Source: Nemertoderma westbladi
Taxonomy: Eukaryota; Animalia; Xenacoelomorpha
Direction: 5' to 3'
DNA length: 64,000 nucleotides
Assembly (NCBI GenBank): GCA_032718475.1
Contig: JAUCBJ010007135.1
Coordinates: 1-64,000 of the forward strand
Positions within the stretch are counted from its first letter, which is position 1, and every line of letters starts with the position of its first letter. The position numbers and the translations under genes were made by a program. This document shows positions 1 through 12,999 of this stretch, piece after piece. The notes below the pieces were generated by a model. That model saw nothing but the letters and a program-made list of their open reading frames with translations. It was not told the DNA's origin and ran no database searches.

Positions 1-44
1 AGAGCAGTTAGTTTACACCTAGTGCCATTCATAAAGTATGGATG

Positions 45-527
45 ATCAATAATTTACACATGTGTTCATCAACACTTTGTATTGGGGTATCAGCTTTCTT
101 ATTATTTAAATGATTAATTACAGTACGAATCTTATACCCCCATCAAACAACTTCCCATCAGTTTGTTTTGGTTCCTTCTCATTGTCTGCAAAATGTAAAG
201 TTTACAGTATTTCCTGAAACCGATTTCTAGGCATAACATCCTGAATTCCTCTATTCCCCAAAAACTTATCTGTTGACTAATAATCGCTAAGACTGGGCAA
301 TATTTTTATAACCATTACATAATTAATTCCAATAAATCAAATGCCTTCATCTCATCAACCCCACATGTAAATGGCCGAGCTTTCTGTATTGCATATCTTT
401 CAGACACAGAGATAATCAAACTAAGTAAACCACCATCCAATTCCACAGCCTTGGAATATACAAGCAAAATGGATTGTTCCAGAGAATCTGGGCAATCAGA
501 ATCTGTCTCAGATTCTGAACTTGACAT
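45..527 (-). pseudogene. piggyBac transposase remnant (N-terminal/first catalytic Asp region)
   Basis: Minus-strand peptides ERYAIQK..DEMKAFDLLELIM, MPRNRFQEIL..LHFADN and SVDEHM match piggyBac/PGBD motifs. Broken by stops and frameshifts. Confidence 0.75.
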
Positions 528-1756
528 GTCAGCAGTTGAAGGACTGATGAAGGACTGCTGCTTGAAATTAGTAGCACCTGTCCAGAAAGTTTAAATGACT
601 TAGGCTTATGTGGTGTTACTATTTTCTTCTGCCAAACTCTTTTTTAGTTTTGGGATTGGGTGCAAAGCACTTACTTGTAAGTGGTGGTACAGGAGGTGGC
701 TTATAGACAACTGGGAAAGGTTCCAATGCTATGTCACTATCACCACCTATTTCAACGAATTCGACATTGACATCAGCGCCTGGACCAGAATTAGTACCAG
801 TATCAGGTGTTGCAGTTACATAACTTAATACTGGTAGGTGCCAGTATATCATTTCTACTCACAACATGAATATTTGCAGAAGGAACACCAATACTGTAGG
901 TATACAATCATCATCCTTTGACATACCAGTACTGGAACTACCAGTGCCAGTATTTATCCTACTTGCAATTGAAATTAGTTCTGCTGCATCACCTTCCTTA
1001 ATCAACATTCTGCGCAGCATATAATTCTGTGTCAATATAATTTAGTAGATTTTCAATACCATCCTCTATATCTGAGTCAAATCTATCCAATAGTGCGTAG
1101 ACAATAGTGCTGGGACCGGACGGCAAACACAAGACTGGTGTAACTGGACCGGTGGGGGTAACAACATTACATTTAGCGATAATATTAATATTAATAATAC
1201 CGTACTCGATAATCCTAATACTAATGAAGGTACCTTTCTTACAGAAAATAATGTTTTAATAAATAACAATAATAATAATAATAATAACAATAATATTAAT
1301 ACTGGTGCAATAAATAATTTAAATAACATAGAAGGTAGTAGCGAACAAAGTAATTTAAATAATAATTTAATAAATAACGACAGAAAAAATAATAGCGGTA
1401 TAATTAATATAAATAATAATGACCAAGTAAATGATTCGCCCAGCGGGGGCCTACAAGGAAACACAGAACTCCCGAACGACGGAGGATAATAGAGGATCAG
1501 CGAATATCTACGAGGCCGTACAACCGGGTAGGCACTCATGCAGTGATCGGCCAAACGAAGGAATGTCGAACCCACAGGCGGAGAACAGTAGGGTTCATCC
1601 GGGAGGTCGAAACGAGATCTGATGAACTTAGATATAATGCCGGGAGTGAACGATGTGAGGGGGGAGAGAGGGATAAACGAGGAAACATTGCTACGGGCAA
1701 GAAGGGGTGTCGAGATAGGACGGATAGCGAACCGTTGATAGTTGAGGTGGAGAGAG
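45..1756. repeat. Copy 1 of a ~1.7 kb dispersed repeat (copy 2 at 47699-49442)
   Basis: Colinear high similarity from atcaataatttacacatgtgttcatc to gttgaggtggagagag in both places. Copy 1 ends where an RTE fragment begins. Confidence 0.9.
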
Positions 1757-2370
1757 TCTGTTACCTGGGATCATGGATCCGGAAGTCAGTTGAGGACCTT
1801 CGAATACGTAAGGGAAAGGCATGGGCAGCATTGAATAGGCTTTCCAGGATTTGGAAGTCACAACGAGAATTAATCGGAAACTTAAGGTCCGATTATTTAG
1901 AGCATCAGTAGTTCCAGTACTCCTCTATGGGATTCCATGCTGGGCTCTAACTGCTGAGGACACCAAATCTCTGGATGGCACATTCACCAGAATGCTTAGC
2001 CGGGTTCATTGTGTCAAGTACAATGCACACATCTCCAACCAGACACTATATAACATTGGAGGTGTCTCATTGGTTCCCCCAAGATTGACACTAGAACAAA
2101 ATCGCCTCCACTTTGCAGGACATTGCTTTCGCCGTGAGGACCAGCCAGTGCATAATCTTGTACTTTGGCAGCCTCATGGAGTGAATAAGCATGGTGGACA
2201 GCCCATGACTTTCTTGAGACGCATCTTAAAGGACACTGGCCTTGAAGATGCGGATGATCTAGCAAATGTCATGGGTGATAGGGAGTTGTGGCGGTGCAGT
2301 TTTGTCGATAAGCCAGCACAGCATTCTTAAAAATGCAGCTGTAATGCAGCATGCCGATCCTAGTAGTAGT
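1757..2370 (+). mobile_element. 5'-truncated RTE-like LINE, 3' end
   Basis: CYLGSWI..KAWAAL, LFRASVVPVLLYG..W, RLHFAGHC motifs. Near-identical to 14337-14950. Ends in a (tag)n tail. Confidence 0.85.
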
Positions 2371-3419
2371 ATCCTAGTAGGTTACACTGGCACGTTATTA
2401 TAATATTAAAGTCAATATAACAGGTTACAGTTTTACTTTTGAGAGTAATCAGCTGTTATATTGCTGTTAAAATCCCCCCCTATCTGAATATATGACTAAT
2501 CGTATTAATGAGCCATAACATCAGAGCAACATTAGTTCTATAATTTATTCACACCGAAAGTTTTGTGCTTCCATAAGGGAAAACATCATTGTAGCAATTT
2601 TGTGCCCTTAATACTACTTCTGAAAAGATATTCGTCCAATATGTGTCACTTTTACAAGACCAGTCTTTTTCACAAAGTCTAAATGCAGACAATTTGATGT
2701 ATTTTTATTATATTTTTTCACTATAAAATGCAATTTTCTGAGTGAAAGTCAGTATTATAATATTTGTATTACATTATATAAATTTTATGGTAATTGAATA
2801 ATAATGAATAGGTATTGTGCAATAGAGCATAACTTCGAAATAAATTATGACTATAAATTTTTATTGTTCAAATATTTTCTACTACTAAGTAAAATCAGTT
2901 CCACGCCCAAATACGCAATGCTCCAATGGCGGACGATTTATGACTTCATTTATTATCTTTTCAAGACAATAATTGCTGATAACCATAACCACACCCAGAT
3001 ATAACGAGGTTAGTTTATCTTACTGTGTTGGGAATTAATTTCACCTTAATTAGCCTGCAAGTGCGCGTTATAACACAATATTGATTGACCCAACAACACA
3101 TTTTTTGACAAAAGTTTTGAATCCAGTTAAAACGTCCCGTTTCCATAAAGGCATACAATTTTGTTACTGAGCTCCATATTTCTTACAACTTAGAAGTTAC
3201 ATTGACAATTTTCGTTCCTATAAAATGTTTCCCATCGAATTCCGAAAACTGGCGCAACATAAAAATCGGAAGCGCTGAGAATAATGGCTGAGAAAGCGAA
3301 TTGAAATATAATATTAAAGAGAAACAAATAATGAAAATAGTTTAACAAATTATTAAAATTTAGTGCGGGGACCAATCTGCCGAAAAATGTCTCATGTCTT
3401 ATGCTATTTGTATTTAATC

Positions 3420-3638
3420 CATCGTTTTGAGAATCCAAAAACACCTACAACTCAAGAAACAGGAACAAACAATCAATTTTCCAAATTAATGAATTTTAAA
3501 AATTTGGAACAAGCACAAAAATTAGACACCCACCGAAAAAAGTTTCATATTTTTAGAATATTTTATATGGAATTCCCTCGAATTGCGAACCCCAAATATT
3601 GACCCCATGCGCCGCGCCCCCGTGTTTAATAGGTTTAA
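3420..3638 (+). mobile_element. Diverged 3' end of a TTAA/piggyBac-type non-autonomous element
   Basis: atattgacccc...gtttaataggtttaa resembles the right end of the 30972 and 34244 elements. 3465-3560 resembles their internal repeat unit. Confidence 0.55.
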
Positions 3639-5318
3639 GGTCAATAAAGATGAATTTTGATGGATAAATAAATTGTAGTTGATTGATTGTTGTCTCCTAT
3701 GTTATCTAATGTATAACACTTATAATATATTGGCCACATAAGGGGAGGAATCAATCAACTCCCATTGCCTCAAAATGACTCCCTGCTAGTAAAATCACTC
3801 ACAATTATCTTCTTTCGACAAATTGCCCAAGGGAAGAAACACATAGGAATACTCTTAGGTACTCTCATGAGTCAAACAACCCTAGTGTTACTCATATGTA
3901 CTTATATCATAAATGGTATGAGAGTTAATGTGGGTTATTAATTTCCAGCATCTGAAAAGCTCATCGCAGAAACAGAAAAAAACCCTTGTTTAATTTATAT
4001 TAGATACACAAAAGCCTCCAAAGCACAAGATCGTCCCTGTTTTTCATAAAGGATTTTCTTCCCCAGAATTTCCGTCTGGGGTGGAAGCTTTCTGGTGTCA
4101 GAAATTACAAAAGTAAGATTTCATATAGTCCCAGGACGAAACATCCTTGATCCTTGATCCTGATACATTATATATTATAACAAATATAATTTGTATTATA
4201 AATTGTATTATAATTATAAATTGTACCATAAATCCTCTGCTTTTTGTGTGCTATGATAATAAGTAGTATAGATCCCTATTTTTAACTCTTTTTATATGCC
4301 GATGACATTGTTTTTATATTCTCTCCTATGTCCATATTCACATCTCAAAGTTAAGTGCGGTTCTGAATACTGGAATGAGTGGAAGGTTGATAATAAGCTA
4401 TCCATTCACTACGGTCAGAGACTGAAGGTCTTTTGTTGGGTTTCAATGCAGCAGGCCGTTTATAGTAGTATTTTGGTAGTAGTTTGGTTCCAAGCGAAAA
4501 TGAAATACAGAAAGTAATGGTTATAAGATCGAATATAAAAAATTATACTATTTATTTATTGCATTGTAAATTATGTAGAACATTATTTTTTCTCGATATA
4601 ACTTATTTAATGAGCGTAGCGAGGTTAATAAAGAATGGAGATCATAGTGAAAATATGTACCACGTCATCTAACACGAGTAATATGTGTAATTACAATATA
4701 TATTACCAAGGTTTTTAGTTATTTTATTAGTTAGTTATTTAGTTATTTAGTTTTTTACCCTTAGAGTAGATGCTTGCCCTCGGCTAATTACATTTTATTT
4801 GATTTGATTTGGTACTGCAGAAAGGTATGTCAAGTGCATGATGTAGTGTGACTACGTCATGCACTTGCTAAATTGGTAGGTTGATTGATCGTCTTTTATC
4901 TCAGAGTGATTTAACTGTAATTGTTAGAGTAATTTTGATCTTGATAGAAAATATTTATTCATGACTAAGGAATTATGTGATCTTAGAAAGAATTTCCCGT
5001 TTTTTACAAAACTGACTGACTCCCTATTCTAACTTTGGATTTACCTATTCTGTTTTAACTTTACTGTGGATTTCTAATAACCTCTGGTCATCATCCAATA
5101 GGATACCTCATGAACGAGAGCAGGGCCTTAATACTTTGTTTTAGTGGCCAATGGGAAATGAGGAGGGAATATAATTATATTTATGCCGGATGATGTCCAA
5201 TCTTACTATTAGAATTGAACTAAAATGTTGTTTAAGTTGAACATAATAATCAAACATAAGCTTTCTTAGTTATCACAGATAATACAATCTTCTTATAATA
5301 TAATTGTTGATACTCAAT

Positions 5319-6590
5319 ATGATGTCACCAATAATTCACAGTTTAGCCCCATTACATATATCTTGCACAATAATATTATTAATTTGTGCATCTGTATCTG
5401 TTGCTAGTGAGAGTAACACTATTGATGTTCACAACAACACCAATGTTCTTGGCAACACAACCCAAACCAACCTTTATCACCCTGAATACATCAAAATCCT
5501 GCAATCAGATTGGGATTATTTATTCAATGTGAAGAATGTTAACTACGAAAATGCTAAAAAAGTTTTTCAATTTTTGGTTGGACCATTTATTTCTTCCTAC
5601 AATATAATTGGCCTATTTGGTAACATCATCGCTATAATAACAATTATTCGAGAGCCATCGTTTAACAGTCTTTTTTACAGAATGTTAATATATAAATCAG
5701 TTCTTGATATTCTAATATCAATGGGAATGTTTTTCTTGCTCGGTAATAATTTTGGGTGGTGGTATACCCATTTCACTGTGCACAATATTAATGATAGATA
5801 CTTTGTAACTCTGTACTGCCCTAATGTCGCATACTGGTTGTTTCTAGTTACCTGGCCTATCTTTGCCTGGTGGTTTCAGCAGGTGGATTCAACTCTAATA
5901 CTAGTTATGGGTGCAGAACGAATAGCTGCACTATATTTCCCAGTTTGGTATAAAGATACAAAATTTAAAAATAAGAACATGATATATTTCATTGTATTAT
6001 TTACAGTTATAAAATCAGCTCTGCTATATTGGCCATATTTAGTACTGTTTGTTGGTGAGATAAGATATATTGATGATGTTAGGAATTATTTAGTTCTAAA
6101 CGATTACTATAGAGCTATCAATATACATGTAGACAGGGGTTTCGCTTTTCTGGATACCTTTAAACCTATACGTAGGATCGCACAAGTTGTATTAGTTTGT
6201 TTAATAAATGGCTTAATGATTTATAAGTTAAGGAAACAGGTTAAATTAACGCCAAATTCACCATCGACCATAAAAATGGTTGCAGCAGTAAAGATGATGC
6301 TAATAACAACAATATTAATGTGTGTTAAAGATATAGCGAGTATTGTGTGGCATACCATCTGGGTGTACCAGAAGGGTCTTGAGAATAGTATCAATCCATT
6401 GACCACAGAAATAGACGAATTTACTAATTATATGGCATTGCATTATGCCGCTTTTATTTCTGCATCTGTTTCGAATATATCTACTTTTGTTTTTAGTCTA
6501 AATTTCTACGTGATGTACATATTTGTTGCGAGTTTTAGGAAAGCGGCAAACAAATGGGTGTTTCATTGCCGTGGAAAAAGTGATGTATAA
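5319..6590 (+). CDS. Intronless class A GPCR, FMRFamide-receptor-like / Srw-type peptide or chemoreceptor-like
   Basis: Uninterrupted ORF with first ATG at 5319. Hydrophobic N-terminus and N-glycosylation sites, TM1 GLFGN, TM2 Asp, TM3 AERIAALYFP, TM7 SLNFYVMY..FRK. Confidence 0.85.
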   Translation: MMSPIIHSLAPLHISCTIILLICASVSVASESNTIDVHNNTNVLGNTTQTNLYHPEYIKILQSDWDYLFNVKNVNYENAKKVFQFLVGPFISSYNIIGLFGNIIAIITIIREPSFNSLFYRMLIYKSVLDILISMGMFFLLGNNFGWWYTHFTVHNINDRYFVTLYCPNVAYWLFLVTWPIFAWWFQQVDSTLILVMGAERIAALYFPVWYKDTKFKNKNMIYFIVLFTVIKSALLYWPYLVLFVGEIRYIDDVRNYLVLNDYYRAINIHVDRGFAFLDTFKPIRRIAQVVLVCLINGLMIYKLRKQVKLTPNSPSTIKMVAAVKMMLITTILMCVKDIASIVWHTIWVYQKGLENSINPLTTEIDEFTNYMALHYAAFISASVSNISTFVFSLNFYVMYIFVASFRKAANKWVFHCRGKSDV

Positions 6591-6859
6591 TAATATTTGA
6601 TTTTAATAATACTTTTTGGAAATTAACGTTAAATATATAAAATAATATAATTTAACAACATATTTAAAATATTTAACATTTATTTTAACATTTATTAAAT
6701 ATTTATTTAACATTTATTTGATATATATTTAACATGTTTGAAATAATTAAATTATTTAACATGGTTTAATTAAATAATATACATATATTTAACTTTCTTC
6801 AAGGCCAGTGTTCTTTAATCTTTCAAGTCTTGGGCTGTCGACCATGCTTTTTCTATCCA

Positions 6860-7990
6860 TGATATTCCTAACTCTGATTCTAATAATTTTCTACTGGTAA
6901 TGAAGTTCTTGATCCTATTGATTTATCTGCTTCTAAGATTGATATTGATAAAAATCTAATTTCTACAATAATTAATACATTATTTAAATTCTGAATACTT
7001 CAACTCTCTTCTAAAAAAACACAGTTAAGTAACCATTAACAATATTCCATCTAAACTGCAGAAGTATACGGAAAAACCTACGCGACACTACTGATTACTT
7101 AGACCTACTTTCTAAACAATTCGATGTACTGACCTTTACTGAAAGTTTTCTAACGGATGACACGGATCTTTCCCTGGTACAACTTGACGGATATCACAAA
7201 CCAATTATAACCAACAGACAATAATGGAAAACTGGTCAGTGGTGGGACAGGGGGGAGGAAAGTGTTACAATTCACACAAATCTCAGATTTTTCTGTAGAT
7301 TGGTGTGAGTCTTTCTGGGTTCTACTGGGATCTGGTACAGCAACCGTTAACAACACAAACCCTTACTTATCCGCACTTTATACCGACCACAACATATGTT
7401 CTGACTCTAAATTTATCGATGAACTAAGTACTTTACTGACGGCAATTATGACACCATTATAACATTACACCATTATATTAATATTGATACTCTTCACCAA
7501 TTTGCAAATTCTAAGACCTACTGTAACACTTTATCTACTTACGGCTTCAAACAACTACTGTAATTAAACAAGTGACCAGAATTACTGCCCATTCAAAAAC
7601 TCTGATTGATCATATCTCAATTAACTTAACTGACTTAAATTAACAAGCAGCAGCTTGGTCTAGTGGTGACATTAATGTGCTTCCGATTAGGGAGCCCTGG
7701 TTCGATCCCTAGATGGGGCAGCACCGTTTGGGCACGGTGCTTTAAATGCTGCAGCCTAGCCCTACCCCGGCTTTCATCCTTCAGTGGTCGATAAATGGGA
7801 ACCAAGGCAACTTGGGAAACAGAGTGGAAGGGTTTACTGTGGAAGATCACCCATGGTGGTGAACAGGCATTCCTTGGCTTAACGAGCCTAAAAGATTCTC
7901 CCATTCATTCATTAACTTAACTACAAATCTTTTCACAGCCGGAGTTTTTCTTACAGAAATGGGAGCTACTGACCATTTAGGAACTTTTTT
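6860..7990 (+). mobile_element. Degraded CR1/L2-type LINE AP-endonuclease fragment, interrupted by a SINE
   Basis: VTRITAHSKTLIDHI joins in frame to SINLTTNLFTAGVFLTEMGATDH once the SINE is removed. PTR, LIDH and SDH-like APE motifs. Confidence 0.65.
7632..7910 (+). mobile_element. tRNA-derived SINE with Nin/Deu-like core
   Basis: A box TGGTCTAGTGG, B box GGTTCGATCCC, core gctttcatccttcagtggtcgataaatggg, (catt)n tail, 12-bp TSD attaacttaact (7620-7631 and 7911-7922). Confidence 0.85.
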
Positions 7991-8189
7991 TACAGTTACA
8001 GGACCTTGATTATTTTGATATTTATAAAGACAAAAGGCTTTATTCTTAATATACAGTATTTATTATACAATTATAAATACTAGTACAATATTATGCAATT
8101 ATAAATTTCTACAATATTAACACAATATTAAATAAATCAGTTTTAAACTAAATTAAATTAAATGTTTTATATTTATGTTGAATAATTAT

Positions 8190-8500
8190 TAATGTTCTTC
8201 AAGTATGTCGAAGAGGCCGCTATTGTTAGTGGAGTCTACAGTTCCTAGGATTGAGGCCGAGTTGCCGATTAGGATGGCTATCAGGAGTCATTGCAGCAGG
8301 AATCGATGAGACCGGGGTTCCTGTGTTGCTTGTCGAATCTTCCTGCCAACCTCTTTCAGGAATGAGGTTGTTGCTGGTCCTGGCCGGCCAAGGGTTTCGA
8401 AGGCTACTGGTGCGAAGAGGTATCCTCGGTCTACTAGTTCTTTGTACTTTCTGGATTTGGTCTCTTCTTGCTCCTTGATTAGGAGCTTGGACCTTGGAGG
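8190..8500 (-). mobile_element. CRE-clade non-LTR retrotransposon 3' fragment (restriction-like endonuclease C-terminus)
   Basis: Minus frame EETKSRKYKELVDRGYLFAPVAFETLGRPG...FLLQ*LLIAILIGNSASILG fits the K..KY / P.A.ETLG / RGNA..ILG pattern. Confidence 0.75.
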
Positions 8501-8727
8501 ACTTGGAGGTCTTGGACCTTGATTATATATAAATTTTTTTAAATGTTAATAATGAATGTCTTACAATATTACTCAATTTACAAAATAATTACCTTACCGC
8601 AAGAATATTATAAACCAGAGATAATATTGAATAATCCTGACCGTTATTAGGTTCCACCCCTTTTGTTCCTGCTGTCTTAATAAGTTAATAGTTATCCATA
8701 AGATGGACACCACGAAGACCGGCACCA

Positions 8728-11700
8728 TTGTCAAACCCAAGTCCCCGGCATGGATGGCATCTGAACCTCAAGCAGAGTGAACTGGAGCCTGCGGCATATA
8801 CCAACCAGTACACGGGTGGGCAAGACATCACTTACGGGCGCATATCGCATACGGGCGTTGTAGCGGTCCGCGATGGGCGTCTCGCCGGACATAGACGTAT
8901 CCGGTGGTGGCGAGGTTGTTTGGAACGGCTGTGGGACAGTGGCTGTGGTACTCTGGGATCGGTGGGGCGACGGAGCGCATGGACGACAGAGGAAGTCCAA
9001 GGAAGGTAGCTCCGTTCGAGGAACTGGCGCGATGAACTCGCCGAGTACGTGGAGGCTGGTACCATATACGAGGTCAGTAGGAGAGCAGCCGGAGTCTTCG
9101 CGCCACGCAGTCCAGATGTTAAGGAGGACCATGAGGAGTTCGTCCATCCACTTGGGACCGACGAGGCGGGCCTTAAGAGAGGCCTTGAGTTGGCGATGGA
9201 GGCATTCTACCATGCCATTGGCCTGTGGGTGGTAGGCGGTTGTTTTGGACGCCGATATTCCTAGAAGTCTGTGCAGTTTGGCCCATAGATTGGATGTAAA
9301 CTGGGAGCCTCTGTCGGAAGAGATGTCACTGGGGACCCCGAAGCAAGAAATCCAGTGGCGGAGAAAGGCTCTGGCGCAGGTCTCGGTGGTTGAGTCGCCC
9401 ATTGGGATGACTTCTGGCCAGCGGCTGAACCTATCGATGATCAAGAATATATAGTTCATACCTTCGGAGACCGGTAGAGGGCCGACTATGTAGGCTGTTG
9501 AACCGGCAATTGGGGGGTTGATAGAATGTGAGTGGAGCACTGATGTGCCAGTGGATTTTAGAGGCCTGGCACAGGTGACACTCCTGGAACCATTTTCCGA
9601 CGTCGCGATTCAGGCTGTGCCAGACGAAGCAGGACGAGATGGCACGTTGCATTGGCTGACTACCGGAATGGCTGACTCCATGGATCGCATCGAACACACG
9701 TCCAGTCTACTCCTTGGGGATTATAGGACGAATTCGGCCTGTGGAGATGTCGCACAGGAGGGTGAAGTCACCGAACGGGACGTCTTCGAGGACCATGTTG
9801 GTTACAGCTGCCCGGTAGTCGTTTACCTCGGTAGACGATTTTTGTGCCATGGCGAATTGCCGGAAGTCGACAGTAGTCGCGCTAGCAAAGGCAAAGGTGA
9901 GGGGTTTATGGTCGGTGTAGACCGTAAATATTCGTCCTTCTACAAAATGGCGGAAGTGTTTGATCGCGAGGTATACAGCTAGCAACTCGCGATCGAATGC
10001 GCTGTATTTAATTTCGGCCGCCGATAGTTTTCGCGAGAAAAACGCAACAAGACGCCACACACCGCCATTAAGTTGTTAGAGTTTAGCGCTGACAGCTCGA
10101 TCGGAGGCATCGACGGTGACACTCGTGGAGGCGGACGAGTTGGGGTGGTGGAGGAGAGTTGCAGCGGCAAGGGAAGAATTGGTGGACTCGAACAAAGTTT
10201 GGTACTCGGAGTCCAAGTTATATCTTTGCCCTTCGATTTGGTTGCCTCATAGAGAGGGTAGAGTTTATCGGCCAACCTTGGTATGAAGCGGTGGTAATAG
10301 TTTACTATGCCAAGGAATCGCTGGAGGCTGAGTTTGGAGTCCGGGGTCGGGTAGTTCCGGATGGCGGTGACGCAGTTCTCGAGGGGGTGAATTCCGGAGA
10401 TGGTGACTTTGTGGCTGAGGTATGTCAATTCGTAGGCCCCGAAGACACACTTGGCGCGGTTTATTACCATTCCGTTGTCCGATAGGACCTGGGATACTTG
10501 GCGGAGATGGTCAATGTGTTCGGCGATAGTTTGACTGGCTACCAGGATGTCGTCGAGGTAGACGAACACAAATGGGATGCCGTGAAGGGTGCTGTCCATG
10601 AGCCATTGGAACGCCTGGGCAGTGTTCTTAAGCCCAAACAGCATTTGTAAGAACTCCCAAAGGCCGAAGGGAGTGATTATTGCTGTCTTCCGGGTGTCCC
10701 CGGTTGCCATGGGGATCTGGTGGTATCCCCTTACCAAGTCAATCTTGGAAAAGACCGACATACCATCCAGGTGGCTGTTGAAGTCCTGAATGTGTGGCAG
10801 GGGGTATCAGTCATCCACGGTGGCGTCATTGATCCGGCGGTAGTCCCTGCAGGGCCACCAACCACTGCCGGGTTTTGTGGCAATGTGGAGTGGGGAGGCC
10901 CACGGCGAGTTGGAACGACGGATTATTCCGAGTTCCTCCATCTTGTCAAACTCAGCTTTGGCCACCACAAGTTTCTCAGAGTCGAGACGACGAGCGCGAG
11001 CATGTAGCGGAGGTCCCTTGGTTACAATGTGGTGTTCCATACCGTGTTTATTTGCTGCGGTGGGCTCGAACCTCGGGATGAGGAGTTCCAGAAACTCATC
11101 TAGGAGTTGTTCGCAGGGGCTGACATGTTCGATGTGGATGCCAGTGATAGTGGACGAATTGCAAGCGATCTTGGTCAGGATCGCTCTAAAGTTCGACATA
11201 TCGATAAGGGATCGCCCTGCGAGGTTGATGGCCAACCGGTTGGCGAAGAAGAAATCGGCACTGAAGATTGGTGGGGTAATGTTGGCAACGTGGAATTCCT
11301 GCGTGAAGAAGTGCCCCGTTACCGAGGTGGAGGCGGATCGACCTCTTACCCCATGTGGCGATCGGGCTGCCATTGGCGGCAACCAATGGGGCAGTGGGGA
11401 CGCGGTTGCCTTTATCATAGGGCAGGGGAAACCGAGACTTCGGCTCCGCAGTCCACCAGATAAGTTTGGCCGCTGCGACGATCCCACACAGTCATCATCC
11501 TCTTCACATTCTGGCCGACCGCGGAGACGTTTAGCAGCCGGCCCAGACAGTGAGTCGAGGGTGGTGGGGAAGGAAGAAGGTGACTAAGTCGACAGCCTCT
11601 GTAGCTGCAATTCCGTGCAGCGTACTTCTTATTGAAGAAGCAGAGGTTTGAGTTGGGAGACTGTGTTGTACCGGCGGGGGTGGCATTTCTTTGAACACCG

Positions 11701-11930
11701 GCTCTGACGGGGTCGTTCCAGGTGCCTCCATAATGCGGTCGGCATCGGTGGCCAGAACATCGAGGTCCACAGTGTTCGAACCGGCAAGGACGCATCGGAC
11801 TTCGGACGGAAGCTGGGCGAGGAAGAGCGCCCCGAAGAGTGTATCCGGGTCAGCGTTAAGGGACCTCATGTGGCGGAGGAGGCCCGTTGGTTGGCAGTCT
11901 CCGAGTCCAGAAAGAGATAAAAGGTCAAAT
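8728..11930 (-). mobile_element. Degraded Ty3/Gypsy internal region (gag-PR-RT-RH-IN), CsRN1/Kabuki-like
   Basis: LGDCQPTGLLRHMRSL gag, YLVDCGAEVS protease, SPWASPLH, KIDLVRGYHQIP, YLDD, YSAFDRELLA, TDHKPL, SDRGSQF, TTAYHPQANGMVE. Multiple frameshifts and no LTRs seen. Confidence 0.92.
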
Positions 11931-11970
11931 AAATGGTCAAAATGTGGGTATCCATAACATAATAATGCCA

Positions 11971-12597
11971 TAGTATGCTCATTAGAACCATAATGACCGA
12001 TTTAGTGGGGGTAGACACCTTCAAAACAAACATAGAGCGAATAGTTCTTGAGATTTCGCAGAAAATTTGAAGTCCGGCATAAGTCTACTTTACAGCCTTG
12101 AAGCGATATGGGCAAATACACTAACAATGATACTTTGAATTATCTTAAGGCATCAAAAATATACACATCACTGCAACAAATTGATTTAGTGTATAAAGCA
12201 ACCTTCAAAATGAAAGAGTAGTGCTTAGTTCAATTTAATTTTTGTACGAAATGTGTGGAATGGGTCAACTCAATCTCAATATCAAGTATCAATAAATTGG
12301 TGGCCATAGTCTTGACATTTTGTAAAATAGCTCAAGAACTACTGACTCTACTCTTATTTTGAAGGGGTCTACACCCACTACATTGATCATTTTCTGTGAT
12401 GTGTCTATTCTTGATTCCTTGAGATAATTAAAAGTATCATTTTTAGTATATTTGTCCATATCGCATCAAGGTGGTAATGTAGACTTGTGCCGGACTTCAC
12501 GTTTTCTGCGATATCTCAAGAACTATTCGCTCTATGCTTGTTTTGATGATGTCTACGCCCACTAAATAGGTCATTGCGGTTCTAATGAGTATAATAA
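11971..12597. mobile_element. Foldback/MITE-like element with ~220-bp imperfect inverted arms
   Basis: 11971-12195 is the diverged reverse complement of 12375-12597 (e.g. catagagcgaatagttcttgaga / tctcaagaactattcgctctatg). Confidence 0.75.
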
Positions 12598-12999
12598 AGC
12601 AGTAGGAAAACTAAAAGTTGGCCATCGCGAAAATTGAGAATAACCGTCACTTGCGCCAAAGGGTAGATAGGCTATGTGCCTATGGCACTAGGTCCCTTGA
12701 TCAATAAATCAAAATTTTGGTTTCTAACTAAGTTTGGACCCATTTGATGACATTTGATGCATGCAGGAAATTTATTTCTTGAGTCATTAATCTTTCATCA
12801 ATGTGTTATATAGTTATAAATTTCATTATGGTGCATCGCGATGACTCAAAATTTCAACCCCCTTGGGATCCGTGAAGATATAGACAAAATTAATAGAAAT
12901 TTATTTTTTTTGCCTTAATTTTTTACCATTTGGCAACTTTTGTACACCGGTAGAACAATGAAATCGAAAAAAAGTAAAAAACGCACCGCCCTACTATAC

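Noticed and set aside
1066-1575. Leu-rich membrane protein ORF
   Set aside because: Produced by the (aat)n low-complexity tract and not kept open in the second copy.
7645-7722. Functional tRNA gene
   Set aside because: Imperfect cloverleaf continuing into a SINE body with tail and TSD.
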